Shown here: piece by piece, positions 30,611-41,479 of the stretch | Position numbering within the stretch: the first letter of the stretch is position 1 | How the letters are laid out: each line of letters begins with the position of its first letter | NCBI GenBank assembly: GCA_043739185.1 | Contig: JAYUEN010000332.1 | Span: 64,001 to 128,000 of the forward strand | Source: Bdellovibrionales bacterium | Lineage (GTDB): Bacteria; Bdellovibrionota; Bdellovibrionia; Bdellovibrionales; JAMPXM01 | Length of the DNA stretch: 64,000 nt | Direction of reading: 5' to 3' | Notes under the pieces: generated by a model | Database searches by the model: none | Seen by the model: only the letters and a program-made list of their open reading frames with translations | Told to the model about the DNA's origin: nothing | Translations under genes and position numbers: made by a program

Positions 30611-31468
30611 ATGCAAAAAAGAAGCGAAGGGCATTTTAGAGGCACAAAATCAGCGAATCTTTTTTACCAAAATTGGCAAGTCGACGATGCCGTCGCGACT
30701 TTGGTCATGACCCACGGAATGGGTGAGCATTCTGAATCTTATCAATTTCTAGCGCGCGGATTAGAAAAGTATAAACTTAATTTAAGCGTCTGGGATTTGC
30801 GTGGTCACGGAAAATCAGATGGCAAGCGCGGCTATGTCGATCAATTTATGGATTTCGTGAACGATCTAGATTGTTTTATGAAGCATTTGCAATCCCAAAA
30901 CAAATTAGATCTTCCTTATTTTTTATCCGGACATTCACTCGGTGGCCTCATCACGCTCAGATATATTCTTGAAAACGGGATCGGCCAAGCCAAGGGTATT
31001 TGCTTAAGCTCTCCACAATTGGGAATTGCCTTGGCCGTTCCCCCCATCAAAGATTTTTTTGCTACAAATGTTTTAAATCGCTTTTTGCCAAGCCTCACTC
31101 TTCACAATGAAATTGATTTCAATGTTCTTACTCACGATAAGGACATTGTGAAATCAATGCGGACTGATCCTTTTCGACACGATAAAATTTCAAGTGGCGT
31201 TTATGTGGGAATGCTTGAGAATATGAAAGTCGTTAATGACCGCTGCGGAAAAGTGATCAGCGGCCCTATCCTTATGCAGTTGGCTGGTGACGATCATTTT
31301 GTGAGTCGTCCGGCTTGCGAAGCCTTTTTTAAAACAATCGCCTCTGATAAAAAAGAATTGATCATCTATGATGGTGCCTATCATGAGATTTTCAATGAAA
31401 CCACTCGTGAGAAAACTTATAAAGATTTAAATCAATTTATTGTGAAAACACTTGGGAGAACTAAGTAA
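30611..31468 (+). CDS. Alpha/beta hydrolase (lysophospholipase-like)
   Basis: HGMGEHS, DLRGHG, GHSLGG nucleophile elbow, YHEIFNE. Confidence 0.9.
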   Translation: MQKRSEGHFRGTKSANLFYQNWQVDDAVATLVMTHGMGEHSESYQFLARGLEKYKLNLSVWDLRGHGKSDGKRGYVDQFMDFVNDLDCFMKHLQSQNKLDLPYFLSGHSLGGLITLRYILENGIGQAKGICLSSPQLGIALAVPPIKDFFATNVLNRFLPSLTLHNEIDFNVLTHDKDIVKSMRTDPFRHDKISSGVYVGMLENMKVVNDRCGKVISGPILMQLAGDDHFVSRPACEAFFKTIASDKKELIIYDGAYHEIFNETTREKTYKDLNQFIVKTLGRTK

Positions 31469-31470
31469 AG

Positions 31471-32094
31471 ATGCGTAGGTTGCAATTCATACTCAGCATC
31501 TGGTTTTGCATTTTGACTATTGCCTGCACGAGTGCCAATCTCGTATCGCATAAGGACGATTCCCTTGATCAAGCCAATCGTGAATCCGCTCAAGAATATA
31601 TAAAAATTCTCGAAAAATACAGTGCTGGAGATGTCGACTACAATGGCTTTTACAATAGCTTTGGTTTTCACGCAGCTCTGTTAAATTCAGAAGTACTTGA
31701 AGCAAATGTTCGTCGCCAAGCTCATTTTTATTTATGGGATCAAAGCCGATCAGAGGACGAGCGCAATAAATTATTTAAGGCCGCGGCAGAAGCCACGAGC
31801 GTCTTTTTGAGTTTTTATACGCCAGAAAAAAAGGATGACAATTTGAGCTCAGATAAAAGCATTTGGCGAGTTTTGCTAGATGTGAATGGCAAAAGATATG
31901 TCGGAAAAATTAAAAAGCTCAAATCCAATCTCTCTGAACTGATCAGCCTATATCCCTTTCACACTCGTTGGAATACAGCATATCTTGTCAGTTTTCCGGT
32001 GTCAGTTTCACAGGCAGAAGTTCAAAGTTCAAAGCTCACCATCACTGGCCCCGTGGGTTCTCGTTATATTGATTTTCAGGGAAAGAATCCTTAG
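31471..32094 (+). CDS. Hypothetical lipoprotein
   Basis: Lipobox-like TIAC; 2 bp after the hydrolase gene. Confidence 0.7.
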   Translation: MRRLQFILSIWFCILTIACTSANLVSHKDDSLDQANRESAQEYIKILEKYSAGDVDYNGFYNSFGFHAALLNSEVLEANVRRQAHFYLWDQSRSEDERNKLFKAAAEATSVFLSFYTPEKKDDNLSSDKSIWRVLLDVNGKRYVGKIKKLKSNLSELISLYPFHTRWNTAYLVSFPVSVSQAEVQSSKLTITGPVGSRYIDFQGKNP

Positions 32095-32103
32095 AGCTGC
32101 AAC

Positions 32104-35100
32104 TTATGCTCTGAACGTCTTATTAAAAAGCTTTTCACTAAATGGATAGATAACAGAGAGATGTATGCTCTGATCATGAGCTATCATTTTAGATTTCAGC
32201 AATGCCTTTGCGTAATATTCTAATTGCGAAAAGGCTTTGTCTTTGTAACGAATGCTTCCTGTTTTATAGTCTACAATCCAGACCTTCTGCTCAACAATGC
32301 CCCAAAGATCAATTTGGCCATCAATAATTTGTTTATCCTCACGATAGCTAAAACCCATTTCGACATGACCCTCCTCAATTAATTTCATAAGAGGAGGTTC
32401 ATTCAAAGATTTGAGAAAATTCAAAGCCTGATGCACTTCGCTTTTCTGAGTTTGAAACCAGCGATCAATCAAGGCATCTACGTTATGAGAATATTTTAGA
32501 GCTTGCATGAGTTTGTGTGTGAGGCTTCCGTGAGAAACGAGTTTGAAATGGTCCAACCATTGACTGGGATCTTCTTGCGCCTGACTTACTTTGCTACTCT
32601 GATTTTCTAAAAGGGCTGTCACCGACGAGGCCGCTGAACGCTCACCTGCACTTGAAGATACCCCTACTGGAGGCCGAATTTGAAGCCTTTCAACTTTCGA
32701 TTGCATTAATATTTGGGGCTGGGGCTTGGCTGTTAAAACCTGGTAGGTATAATTTTCCGCTTGATGCTCGCCATTCGACAAATCCCATCTCATCAAATCG
32801 GCCCAAGAATTATTTTCAATTGGATTGGTCCAACTTAAAAATACGGAGTCTATTGCGCGCGTCATTGCCACATATAGGACTCTTGCGTGCTCAGCCAGTT
32901 CGCTCAGCTTGGTTCTCTCAATGTGGGCTTTCTCAGCTATCGAACCAGTCCACTTTTCCTCAGCCCCCAAAGGAATTTTCATTGACCACTTTTGTGAGTC
33001 TTCATCAAATAGAAAATCTGGCTCAGTGGGAGACTTTGGCTTTTTATTCATGCGAGCAATAATGACATGGCGAAATTGCAATCCCTTTGAGGAATGAATG
33101 GTCATCAAATTGATTCGATCTGGCTCAATACAAGGAACGGCATCGCCTTCGGCATCCATTTCTGCGCGCGCATCGGATTCAATTTGAGCAATCAAATCCA
33201 GGGGATTAAAGCCCGGCTTTTGTTCTTGCTCTTTCAAAATTGAAATCAACTTCCACAAATTGGACTCAATGCGACCGCTGTGATCAGCGTAATGGGATAA
33301 GTCAAAAATCCCGCAGTCTAAAAGACTCTCTAGGTATGCACTCCCAAGTCCAATTTGCTGTACCCGCTCTAAATAGGAGGTTAGTTTCTCAAGCCCGGGC
33401 AACTCACTTTTAAGCTTAGATAAATACATCCAATAGGAGTCTTTGGCTTTGGGCAAATGATCGACTAAAAATTGTTCGCCAACTGAAAACCAGGGTGACC
33501 TCAATAAAATAAGTAAGTTCAGATTGCTATGTGGGTGAACCAGAAATTTGTAAAGCGCCAGGGCATCTTGCACCTCGCGACGCTGGTAAAAGCCACTTGA
33601 GATGTGGACATAATTCAATATGCCGAATTGGCTCAATTGCTTTGATATTTCAACTAGATTTTTATTGGTCCTGGCTAGGATACAAATGTCTTCAAGTTTG
33701 CAATTCTCATTTAACAGGCCTTCAATATGCTCGATAATTGCAAGAACTTCGTCGTCTTCTTGCGAAGCCTCGTCCGCCCCCCCTGCAATGAAAAATTTTG
33801 CAACTTGAGCTTTTGTTCGCGGAGGCTCCGTCTTCCAGTTGGCAATCATTGGCGAAAATGAAATTTTGAGACGCGAAAAGAAATCATTAAAAAATTCTAA
33901 AAGCTCAGGTTTGGAACGGTAATTTTGAATCTTTTCATGTCTCTCTCCGCCGCCCGCAAGGATCACGCTTTCGCGATTTTGAAATACTTCTGAGCGCGCT
34001 CCTCTAAATAAATAGATACTCTGCTGCGGATCGCCGACCACGTACTGTGGTTTGGCTTGTGAAAGCTTCTCGATCAGTTCGACCTGCACTGGGCTTGTAT
34101 CTTGATATTCATCAATCAACCAGTAGTCCCACTCATCCGAAAAAGCCTTTGCTGCCTCGGGAAATTCCCGCGACAATTTCAATGAAAATAGCTCGAGATC
34201 ATTGATTTCGATACTTGCTGTCTGAAGCTTCAATTGCGCAAATTCCTCGCAAAAAGCCTCAAAAAGCTTTCGACACAATTGAAACTTTTCTGCAAATAGT
34301 TTCAAGCTTTCTGGCTGATAACGCTCTTCTTTGAAAAGATTTCGAAGTTGCTCACTCAAGGTTTTTTTAAAAACTGCAGTTTCTTCTGAAATTTGAATAT
34401 TTTTCGAACGTATCGCATTTGGCATTTCTTCAAAGAAATTCTTAAGAAACTCAAAAGAATCACTCCATTGGTGCTTTCTTAAAAACTCTGCAAAAATATG
34501 CAATTGCCTGGCATATTCTAACCATTTCGGATTGTTCTCTTCACTTCGAATTGCGCTTGCCAATTCATCTAATTGGCCGGCATAGCTCTTAAGCTGTAAT
34601 TGCATCAACTGATCTAAACTCGATTGATCATGTGGACTCAATTCGAAAAATTGAAGTTTAGCTTTAGCGTATTCTCGGCAAAGCTTCTCAAGCTTATTAA
34701 AAGTAAAATCGTCGATGAGACTTTGTAGAACTTCTTTTTCTTCGTGATTCAGCAAAATTCTCCTGATCACCTGTCTTGCAAGTTGCGATGCGAGCGACGA
34801 ATTAATCACCGTAAAACTAGGATCCAGCATTATGAAGCTTCCGTATTGTCTCAGAAACTGGTCTAGGATTCCGTGAATAGTTGATATCTTTAGTACAGAC
34901 GTTGAATTCACGAACTCCAATAGCTCTTTGTCTTTTTGCAAGGCCAAAAGTACCAAACGCTCTTTGAGCTCTTGAGTTGCCTTTTTGGTAAAGGTCGTTA
35001 CCACCATCCGCGGATAGCGATCGTGCTTTTTATAAAATTCTCTCGCCACACCAAGTACCTGTTCAGTTAAAGCTGTGGTCTTTCCGGCGCCGGCCCCGGC

Positions 35101-35166
35101 CCTAACAATGATCGACTTTTCTAATAAAATCTTCTCGGAATTCAATTCAGGTGTTGAGCACGACAT
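32104..35166 (-). CDS. addA: AddA-like UvrD helicase with C-terminal RecB-type nuclease
   Basis: AGAGAGKT, TFTKKA, DEYQD, GDPQQSIY.FRGA, TIHSSKGL, LYVAMTRA, then GQIDL...VDYKTG. Confidence 0.9.
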   Translation of the reverse strand: MSCSTPELNSEKILLEKSIIVRAGAGAGKTTALTEQVLGVAREFYKKHDRYPRMVVTTFTKKATQELKERLVLLALQKDKELLEFVNSTSVLKISTIHGILDQFLRQYGSFIMLDPSFTVINSSLASQLARQVIRRILLNHEEKEVLQSLIDDFTFNKLEKLCREYAKAKLQFFELSPHDQSSLDQLMQLQLKSYAGQLDELASAIRSEENNPKWLEYARQLHIFAEFLRKHQWSDSFEFLKNFFEEMPNAIRSKNIQISEETAVFKKTLSEQLRNLFKEERYQPESLKLFAEKFQLCRKLFEAFCEEFAQLKLQTASIEINDLELFSLKLSREFPEAAKAFSDEWDYWLIDEYQDTSPVQVELIEKLSQAKPQYVVGDPQQSIYLFRGARSEVFQNRESVILAGGGERHEKIQNYRSKPELLEFFNDFFSRLKISFSPMIANWKTEPPRTKAQVAKFFIAGGADEASQEDDEVLAIIEHIEGLLNENCKLEDICILARTNKNLVEISKQLSQFGILNYVHISSGFYQRREVQDALALYKFLVHPHSNLNLLILLRSPWFSVGEQFLVDHLPKAKDSYWMYLSKLKSELPGLEKLTSYLERVQQIGLGSAYLESLLDCGIFDLSHYADHSGRIESNLWKLISILKEQEQKPGFNPLDLIAQIESDARAEMDAEGDAVPCIEPDRINLMTIHSSKGLQFRHVIIARMNKKPKSPTEPDFLFDEDSQKWSMKIPLGAEEKWTGSIAEKAHIERTKLSELAEHARVLYVAMTRAIDSVFLSWTNPIENNSWADLMRWDLSNGEHQAENYTYQVLTAKPQPQILMQSKVERLQIRPPVGVSSSAGERSAASSVTALLENQSSKVSQAQEDPSQWLDHFKLVSHGSLTHKLMQALKYSHNVDALIDRWFQTQKSEVHQALNFLKSLNEPPLMKLIEEGHVEMGFSYREDKQIIDGQIDLWGIVEQKVWIVDYKTGSIRYKDKAFSQLEYYAKALLKSKMIAHDQSIHLSVIYPFSEKLFNKTFRA

Positions 35167-37946
35167 AGCTCCCTCCATTTGCAAGAAGGGCAATCACTTT
35201 GATCCTTTGGTTCCGGATTGAATTGACCACTTAGAATATTTGAAATCGCCTTTTGCACATGCGCAAGGCCGCTGGCAAGCAATTCATCTCGCTCCTTTTG
35301 ACTAATTTTATTTTGCTTTTTATCATTTAATTGATAGAGGCCTTCGTGATCTACGAGTTTAAAACCAAAATCCCTATTCAAATCTTGAACGACATAATAA
35401 ACAGCTGAAACAACTTTCTGTGGAGGAAGCTCAGTCCAAGCATTCTCAAGCGCAATTGAATACAAAATCAGCTGAATTTTATCATTTTTAAGCCAACTCG
35501 AATACTGACTAACCGAAGCACCTGTTGATTTATAATCAATGATGACTGCGTTCCCTTGGCCGTCTACATCCACACGATCAATAGATCCTCGAAATATGAC
35601 TTTTGCTGACTCATCCTGAAGTGGTCTGAATTCTAAACTCTGAGAATCTACTTGCGCCCTTACTTTCACTTCTTGACCAAGGCTAAGCGTTTCTTTAAAT
35701 TCCGCACGCCAAACTCTTTCAAATTCCAAAAATCGTCGCGCAATTTTAAAATATTTCTTTTTTTGGCTCATCCACAAACGTTCGTCTCCGAGTAGCATAT
35801 CATTTTCGAACCTCGCCAGGTCAATTAGATCCGAAATTTCAATATCCGTTAAGTCGAAATTCATTGGTTGAGGACGCGTGAGTTTTTCAAAAATCTTATG
35901 CGTGAGAACTCCTTTTGTCATCGGATCAATATCGAGGTCAAGACTTGGCTGATCCGTGAGCTTAAACAAACGTGTCGCCTGATAAATAAACGGACACTTC
36001 AAATAGGATTCAATAGAAGACGCTGACAAATAGACAGCTTGATTCAACTGTATTTTGGTTTTGGTATTTTGCATCCGCGCCAGGCACTCATTGCATTCTC
36101 GGTCGGTAAATTTTTTAAGCTTGAGAATATCAAGCACTTCACTATTTTGAATTTCATCCCATCGTGTCGTATTGGGCATTTGAATCTTCAGCGGGTGACC
36201 CGATTTTTGTGCGCCTTCTAACCACAACCATGAAGGCGCCAGAATTTGAGCTGAAAAATCAGTTACTCCAAATGAAAGGAAACTCTCTCGAGAAGAATCT
36301 TCTAAAATCCACCTAGCTTGAAATTCGCTGCGTTTCTGGTCCGGTGAAAAAATTTGAAATCCCAAATCTTGCGCTATTTTTCGAACGTCAAAGGCGGTCA
36401 TGGCGGTTTGAAAGCTTGCCCGAAAAGCTTCTTCACTTAGTCCCATAATAAAGATTTTCTTGGCCTTGGTATGTTCACAGCTACTCAAATTTAAAATTTG
36501 TATGCCTGATGCGTCTGCTTCTAAAATTTTAAAGTTAGTTTTAGAAATGAGACTCTGAAGATAGTTGAGCCAAAGATCAGCGCTCAAGACTTGTTTAATC
36601 GGAATTTCAGACCAAATCTTTTTGAAAAGCACATCGAGCTTTTCAAGGGATATTTGTGGAGGTAAAAATTTAAGCGTCCAAACGAAAAAATGATCGCGAC
36701 TCACCTGAGATTTCAAATCGAGATCAATTCGAAATTGCTTTTCAATTTCATGATCGCGTTTGAGGTCTTCTCTGCTGTATACAAACTTAAAAAGTTTGGC
36801 GAATTGATCGTAATTCATTTTGCATTGATCATTTTGATTGAAGATTGAAATTTCAAGATCAGATTCATTGCACAACCCGAGACGCAAGCGAAGCTGGGCA
36901 ATCCATTGACTCACCTCTCGAAATTCATTGAAATTAGAAAGGACCTCTCGATTAAAGCTGATCCCCTCGACTTTCAAAAAACTCATAAGTGCAGGCATAT
37001 AGTTTTCAATATCGGGAGCTATAATAGCTAGGTCCTTCAGCTGATCGCCACTGTCAATGCAGCCGCGAACTCGGCTGACCACATCCTTCACTTCCGCGAG
37101 TTCCGTTGAAAATTTATTGAAACTTAATTTGGCTAGTCCAAATTGTTTCGAAAATTCTTGGTGTTTATTTTTTAATTCTGAAGTCACGCCGATTTTGGCT
37201 TCGCGTAACCTCTGATATGGAGCCAATGTACCGGAGTACAATTTGGCCCACGACGGACTCGGCTCAATGACCGTGACATCTATGAATTTTGAAAGCATGA
37301 CCAAAACTTCGCTTTCAACTTGAGAAAGTTCTGAACCAAGATCTATTACTAAATTTCTTTTCCAAAGTTTATCAATTTCAAGCTCATTTACCAGAACTCC
37401 GCTTGTCCAAGGGGCCGCTACAAACTTCTCTCTTAAAAAAAGACTCCAAACCTGTGAACTCAGATGAAACCAATTTCCCCATCGGGTTCTACAGTCTTCG
37501 TTTTGCTCGAGCCATTCGCTTAACATTTCAATTCCCATGGGATGACTCAGCGCTGGCATCAATTGGGTGATATAATTGTATACCGTATTTGCAAAGCCCT
37601 GGTTTTCGGCTTGAAAGAACTTTGTTTCGAATTTTTTTTCGACTCGACTTTCTTCTAACTTTAAATCTTTTAAAAATTGGCTAATGAGTGAAATTGCAAA
37701 TTCTCTAGATACAATTTGCCATTCAGGATTCACGCGAAAAAGCAGCAGTCTCCATAGTTCTGAGGCCCGTAAGACGCTTTCAGTATTGATAAATTCATTT
37801 TTGGTAAGTAATAATTTTTGAATTTCAAATTTGCTTTTCAAATCTGAAATCACCCAGGTGAGCCTCTGAGAACCAAGGTTTTCAAGATGATCATTTAGGT
37901 AAGCTGCAGATTGGAGTGGACCATCTGAACTGACAATTTTTAACAT
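35142..37946 (-). CDS. addB: AddB-like PD-(D/E)XK nuclease with Fe-S cysteines
   Basis: SASSIE.Y..CPF, GSIDRVD...IIDYKS and C-terminal CxxC.....C; overlaps addA. Confidence 0.85.
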   Translation of the reverse strand: MLKIVSSDGPLQSAAYLNDHLENLGSQRLTWVISDLKSKFEIQKLLLTKNEFINTESVLRASELWRLLLFRVNPEWQIVSREFAISLISQFLKDLKLEESRVEKKFETKFFQAENQGFANTVYNYITQLMPALSHPMGIEMLSEWLEQNEDCRTRWGNWFHLSSQVWSLFLREKFVAAPWTSGVLVNELEIDKLWKRNLVIDLGSELSQVESEVLVMLSKFIDVTVIEPSPSWAKLYSGTLAPYQRLREAKIGVTSELKNKHQEFSKQFGLAKLSFNKFSTELAEVKDVVSRVRGCIDSGDQLKDLAIIAPDIENYMPALMSFLKVEGISFNREVLSNFNEFREVSQWIAQLRLRLGLCNESDLEISIFNQNDQCKMNYDQFAKLFKFVYSREDLKRDHEIEKQFRIDLDLKSQVSRDHFFVWTLKFLPPQISLEKLDVLFKKIWSEIPIKQVLSADLWLNYLQSLISKTNFKILEADASGIQILNLSSCEHTKAKKIFIMGLSEEAFRASFQTAMTAFDVRKIAQDLGFQIFSPDQKRSEFQARWILEDSSRESFLSFGVTDFSAQILAPSWLWLEGAQKSGHPLKIQMPNTTRWDEIQNSEVLDILKLKKFTDRECNECLARMQNTKTKIQLNQAVYLSASSIESYLKCPFIYQATRLFKLTDQPSLDLDIDPMTKGVLTHKIFEKLTRPQPMNFDLTDIEISDLIDLARFENDMLLGDERLWMSQKKKYFKIARRFLEFERVWRAEFKETLSLGQEVKVRAQVDSQSLEFRPLQDESAKVIFRGSIDRVDVDGQGNAVIIDYKSTGASVSQYSSWLKNDKIQLILYSIALENAWTELPPQKVVSAVYYVVQDLNRDFGFKLVDHEGLYQLNDKKQNKISQKERDELLASGLAHVQKAISNILSGQFNPEPKDQSDCPSCKWRELCRAQHLN

Positions 37947-37995
37947 TCAGCAACTATATACTCAAGTTTGCTTTATGTTAAACGAAACAGCTGCA

Positions 37996-39162
37996 TCATC
38001 TGCGCTGTTTAAGTCCGCGTCTAAAACTACCTGCAGAGGAGCTGCCGTCGGCGCCACTCTTTGAGCCCGAGCCCGAACCCCCGAAGAGTCCTAAGGGATC
38101 AAATCCAATTTCGAAAGTTGCTTGAATGACATAGCGGCGATCCTCAATTTGCCCAGGCATTTCGCCCAATTCCTGACCGTAGGTGGCCGCGTCTACTCTT
38201 AAAACGCCAAGATCAACACCGGCTCCAGCCGTATAATATCCCTGATTGAATCCTGCTCTTATACTTATAATCGGCAGACTGACTTCAACACCCAGTGAAA
38301 TCTTTTTACCAAATTGAATATCTGCGCGGTTTAAATACTTATAGTCGAGCGTGGGCGAAATCGTAATCAAGGGCGCCGAAATTTCAAGTGCTCCTCCAAT
38401 GATCATTTCATCTTGAATCCTCGGTGGAGCTATTGCCCCTGCCGTTTTTGTAAATGCCGTACACCCCATATTCTTCCAGACAAAACTCAAGGTCGGGCGA
38501 ATCGGCGAAGGTACCGTTACCAATAAACCCGCATCGAGCGCATAACCCGAACCCGTGCTTTGAAGGGCATTTGTAATTTGAGTGGTATTGAGAGTCGCCA
38601 ATTGATCAGAAGTAAAAGTAGATTCAGTTCCGGTGCGGATAATATACTTTGTATCCATTCCAAATTTAACAAAGCCCGGTACCGGCTCAAAGCCAAAGCC
38701 TACGACTCCACCGTAGTCTTGATAGTATTGCAAATTCAATTCTGGATAAGGCGGATTGGATACGGAGAGAAGAGCATCTGCATTTCCAAATAAACCGACA
38801 CCAAAATGTGGAAACGTAAAGGCAGTCTTGGTCCCGACATTGAGCCAGTGATATTTACCATACTCACTTTGAATCGCATTGGTTAAATTAGACGAATTTT
38901 TGAAATTGTTCATGGTCTGCATAATATTGACGTCATCTAGGCCAAGATGCAGATCTAAGATTGTCCAGTTGAGGCCGCTCACTCGATTCAAACCAGCAGG
39001 ATTATAAAATAAGGAGTCGGCATCATCGACTATAGCTGTGTAGGCATTTCCCATTCCGAGCGCACGAATCGAAGTCCAATTTTCATGAAGCGGAAGTGCA
39101 GGAACAGCATAAGCTTTCAGTGCTGCAAAAAAAAATGCAATGCAAACTAAAATTCGGGTCAC
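37996..39162 (-). CDS. FadL/PorV/TraF-like outer-membrane barrel (paralogue C)
   Basis: GTG start overlaps the upstream stop (GTGA). SIRALGMGNAYTA..DD..SLFYNPAGL N-terminal motif; TYGQELG...EDRRY near the C-terminus. Confidence 0.75.
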   Translation of the reverse strand: MTRILVCIAFFFAALKAYAVPALPLHENWTSIRALGMGNAYTAIVDDADSLFYNPAGLNRVSGLNWTILDLHLGLDDVNIMQTMNNFKNSSNLTNAIQSEYGKYHWLNVGTKTAFTFPHFGVGLFGNADALLSVSNPPYPELNLQYYQDYGGVVGFGFEPVPGFVKFGMDTKYIIRTGTESTFTSDQLATLNTTQITNALQSTGSGYALDAGLLVTVPSPIRPTLSFVWKNMGCTAFTKTAGAIAPPRIQDEMIIGGALEISAPLITISPTLDYKYLNRADIQFGKKISLGVEVSLPIISIRAGFNQGYYTAGAGVDLGVLRVDAATYGQELGEMPGQIEDRRYVIQATFEIGFDPLGLFGGSGSGSKSGADGSSSAGSFRRGLKQRR

Positions 39163-40007
39163 GGATACACCGCACAGACACAAGTGGCGAGGGTATTGTC
39201 CGCACAATTTCCGATTCCAAAAAAATTGGTTTTAACTAATCCCATTAAGATTTTTAATTCATTATTGGTAAAAGAACTTGGTGTGGTTTGAGTACACGGG
39301 TTCGTGCCCCCAGTGAGGGTGGTAATACTCGTGCAATAACTTTGAAAACTTGAAGCACTCCCTGAAAAGGCATTGATGCCAGAAGCAGACAAAGAATCAA
39401 ATCCGATCATCAAACTTGCCGCGAGTTTTTGCGCCTCTGCAACTGGTAATCCGGTAGCCGCGGGAATGCTGCCCTTGGTGGTTAAACAAGGATCAAAGCC
39501 TGCGTCGATCGTGCCACTTCCTCCTTGATCAGCATATTGGCCAAGGACACTGCCAATTCGTTGAAATTCAATAAGACCTATTAAAAGATTTTCTGCTACC
39601 GTGCGCGCGGCAGAGGTCGCCGCAATCGACATCATGAGGGTTTCGGCATTGGTGCAATCGGTCTCTTGCGAAGCTGCAGACTTTACGCCGCTATTGTATA
39701 AAACTTTGAGCACCGTGGCCGATCCGATATTTGAAAAATTATTTACCAAGCCAATAAAATCAAGTCCGCAGCGACCTGCATAGGCGGCCGCTTTGAGGGC
39801 CGTCACATTTCTTTGAGCAACATAAGTCGCACTCATAAGATTGAAATCTGCCAGGGCTGAAGTATAATCCTTACTATTCATGGCGATTTTCGCACTAACC
39901 ATCAGGGAATCATCCGTAATAATTCCGGACTGCGACAAGACGTTGGTACAGCTACCTGAAAATAAGAAAACGAAAAGTAGCCTTGAAAGCAATGAAAAAA
40001 ATTGCAT
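39159..40007 (-). CDS. Cys-rich helical (TPR-like) lipoprotein
   Basis: Signal ending FSGSC; AKIAMN.KDY..A and AAAYAGRCGLDF helices; several Cys. Confidence 0.7.
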   Translation of the reverse strand: MQFFSLLSRLLFVFLFSGSCTNVLSQSGIITDDSLMVSAKIAMNSKDYTSALADFNLMSATYVAQRNVTALKAAAYAGRCGLDFIGLVNNFSNIGSATVLKVLYNSGVKSAASQETDCTNAETLMMSIAATSAARTVAENLLIGLIEFQRIGSVLGQYADQGGSGTIDAGFDPCLTTKGSIPAATGLPVAEAQKLAASLMIGFDSLSASGINAFSGSASSFQSYCTSITTLTGGTNPCTQTTPSSFTNNELKILMGLVKTNFFGIGNCADNTLATCVCAVYP

Positions 40008-40128
40008 ACCGATGTGACTTTTAAAATTAGAATGTTTCATCTGAATCTAGAATATCTCGCCACTTATAAAAGTGGGAGTAAAATTTCTTGAAGTAGAGAT
40101 CTATCGAGACTTGAGGATAATATCTAGC

Positions 40129-41226
40129 CTAAAATCTAAAGGAAAATTTGCCTAGATAACGTCGATCTTCTTTTGGCTGGGTGGCTGTACCAATTTCTTC
40201 ACCGTAGCTGGTTACTTGAAATTGCATTCGTTCACTTGCAAATTCGAGTCCGGCCGTATAATAACTTTGATTCAATCCTGCACGAATAAACAGAAGATCG
40301 CCAATATTGATTTCGCCCCCGACATGAACTCTTCTCATCAAGCTGGTTTCAGTGCTGAGAGTGGCAATGTCATGTACCTCAGCCGTAAAGGTAGAGCGTG
40401 TGCGCGCCCCCATTATGGGAAATATCGCCAGACCTGCATCGACAGTCTGAATGCTATCAGGCGGTCGACCGGCAACACCTTGATAAACCGAGCCAGCTGT
40501 CAAATTATAACTTGTATTGCCTAGATCATGAACCGTGAATCCAATTGATGGTAAATATTCAACTGGTATTGAAATCACTCCGCCAACATTGACTCCCAAG
40601 CCTGTCCCTTCCGTTCCCGAATTCGGAACAGAAATTGAAGTTGTTGAAGCAACTACAAAATCCTTTGAAATTGTAGAGTGGTCAATATAGCGAGTGGCGA
40701 CACCAATTTTTACGATTCCACCAAAGAATTTAAAATTAATCCCCAATACAGCGTCAATGTCTTGAGTATAATCAAGATGAAAATTAGCAGCCGTTGAGTC
40801 AGCCTCGCCGTCGATTCTTCGCATGGCGTGAATTCCAAAGCCAAAATCTGGCAAAACAATTGAAGGTAAAAATTGCAGTTTCAAATGATAGTGCGTAGAC
40901 GGTGCGACCACGCAATTGTTAAAAACAATCGTAGGGTCAACCATTCCCAAATAATTCCCGTTGGTTGAAAAAATCTGCTGATCGTTGCTTCCCACTTCAA
41001 GTTCAGGATCGGCAAGGGTAATGATTTTCGAACGCAATCGTCCGAGACCTGCAGGATTGAGCTCGAGTGAAGTTTCATCGTTTACAGTATTGACGTAGGC
41101 TCCGCCCATCGCAAGTTCGCGCGCCCCCGTATAAGATTGATAGATTTCAGAGGCCATGCTCACACGAATATTGAGCACCGAAGTACCAATAAATAAAATG
41201 AGTTTAATAAAGAAGGAAAACTTCAT
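40129..41226 (-). CDS. FadL/PorV/TraF-like outer-membrane barrel (paralogue B)
   Basis: Start MKFSFF; GARELAMGGA...NPAGL; SYGEEIG...EDRRY; C-terminal Phe. Confidence 0.75.
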   Translation of the reverse strand: MKFSFFIKLILFIGTSVLNIRVSMASEIYQSYTGARELAMGGAYVNTVNDETSLELNPAGLGRLRSKIITLADPELEVGSNDQQIFSTNGNYLGMVDPTIVFNNCVVAPSTHYHLKLQFLPSIVLPDFGFGIHAMRRIDGEADSTAANFHLDYTQDIDAVLGINFKFFGGIVKIGVATRYIDHSTISKDFVVASTTSISVPNSGTEGTGLGVNVGGVISIPVEYLPSIGFTVHDLGNTSYNLTAGSVYQGVAGRPPDSIQTVDAGLAIFPIMGARTRSTFTAEVHDIATLSTETSLMRRVHVGGEINIGDLLFIRAGLNQSYYTAGLEFASERMQFQVTSYGEEIGTATQPKEDRRYLGKFSFRF

Positions 41227-41479
41227 ATCTTTATTTCGGTATTTATTTGACCCAGTATGAGACAAGTTTCCAAAATCTAGACACCCGTCGCGAAGTGCTA
41301 TTGCCGAAATCATTTAAATTTACCGACCAAGATCTAGTTAGAAATGGCCTCTCGTATATGCGTATTCACTATCGGCTTACTTGACTAAATTCGCGAAAAG
41401 TCCGAAAAATAAGAAGGCCCTTGATGGGTCTCACTCTTTGCTAGCTCCTACTGGGATCTTACTAAAAAGGATTGGCTCT

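Noticed and set aside
32104..37946. Helicase-nuclease anti-phage defence system
   Set aside because: Domain order, sizes and Fe-S cysteines fit ordinary AddAB recombination repair.
40056..40078. Hairpin CTCGCCACTT-ATAA-AAGTGGGAG as a terminator
   Set aside because: The stem is bulged and has no U-tract on the coding strand.
41230..41410. Sigma-28 (FliA) promoters from GCCGATAG / CCGAAA hexamers
   Set aside because: I found no TAAA -35 element at the expected spacing, so the call cannot be supported.
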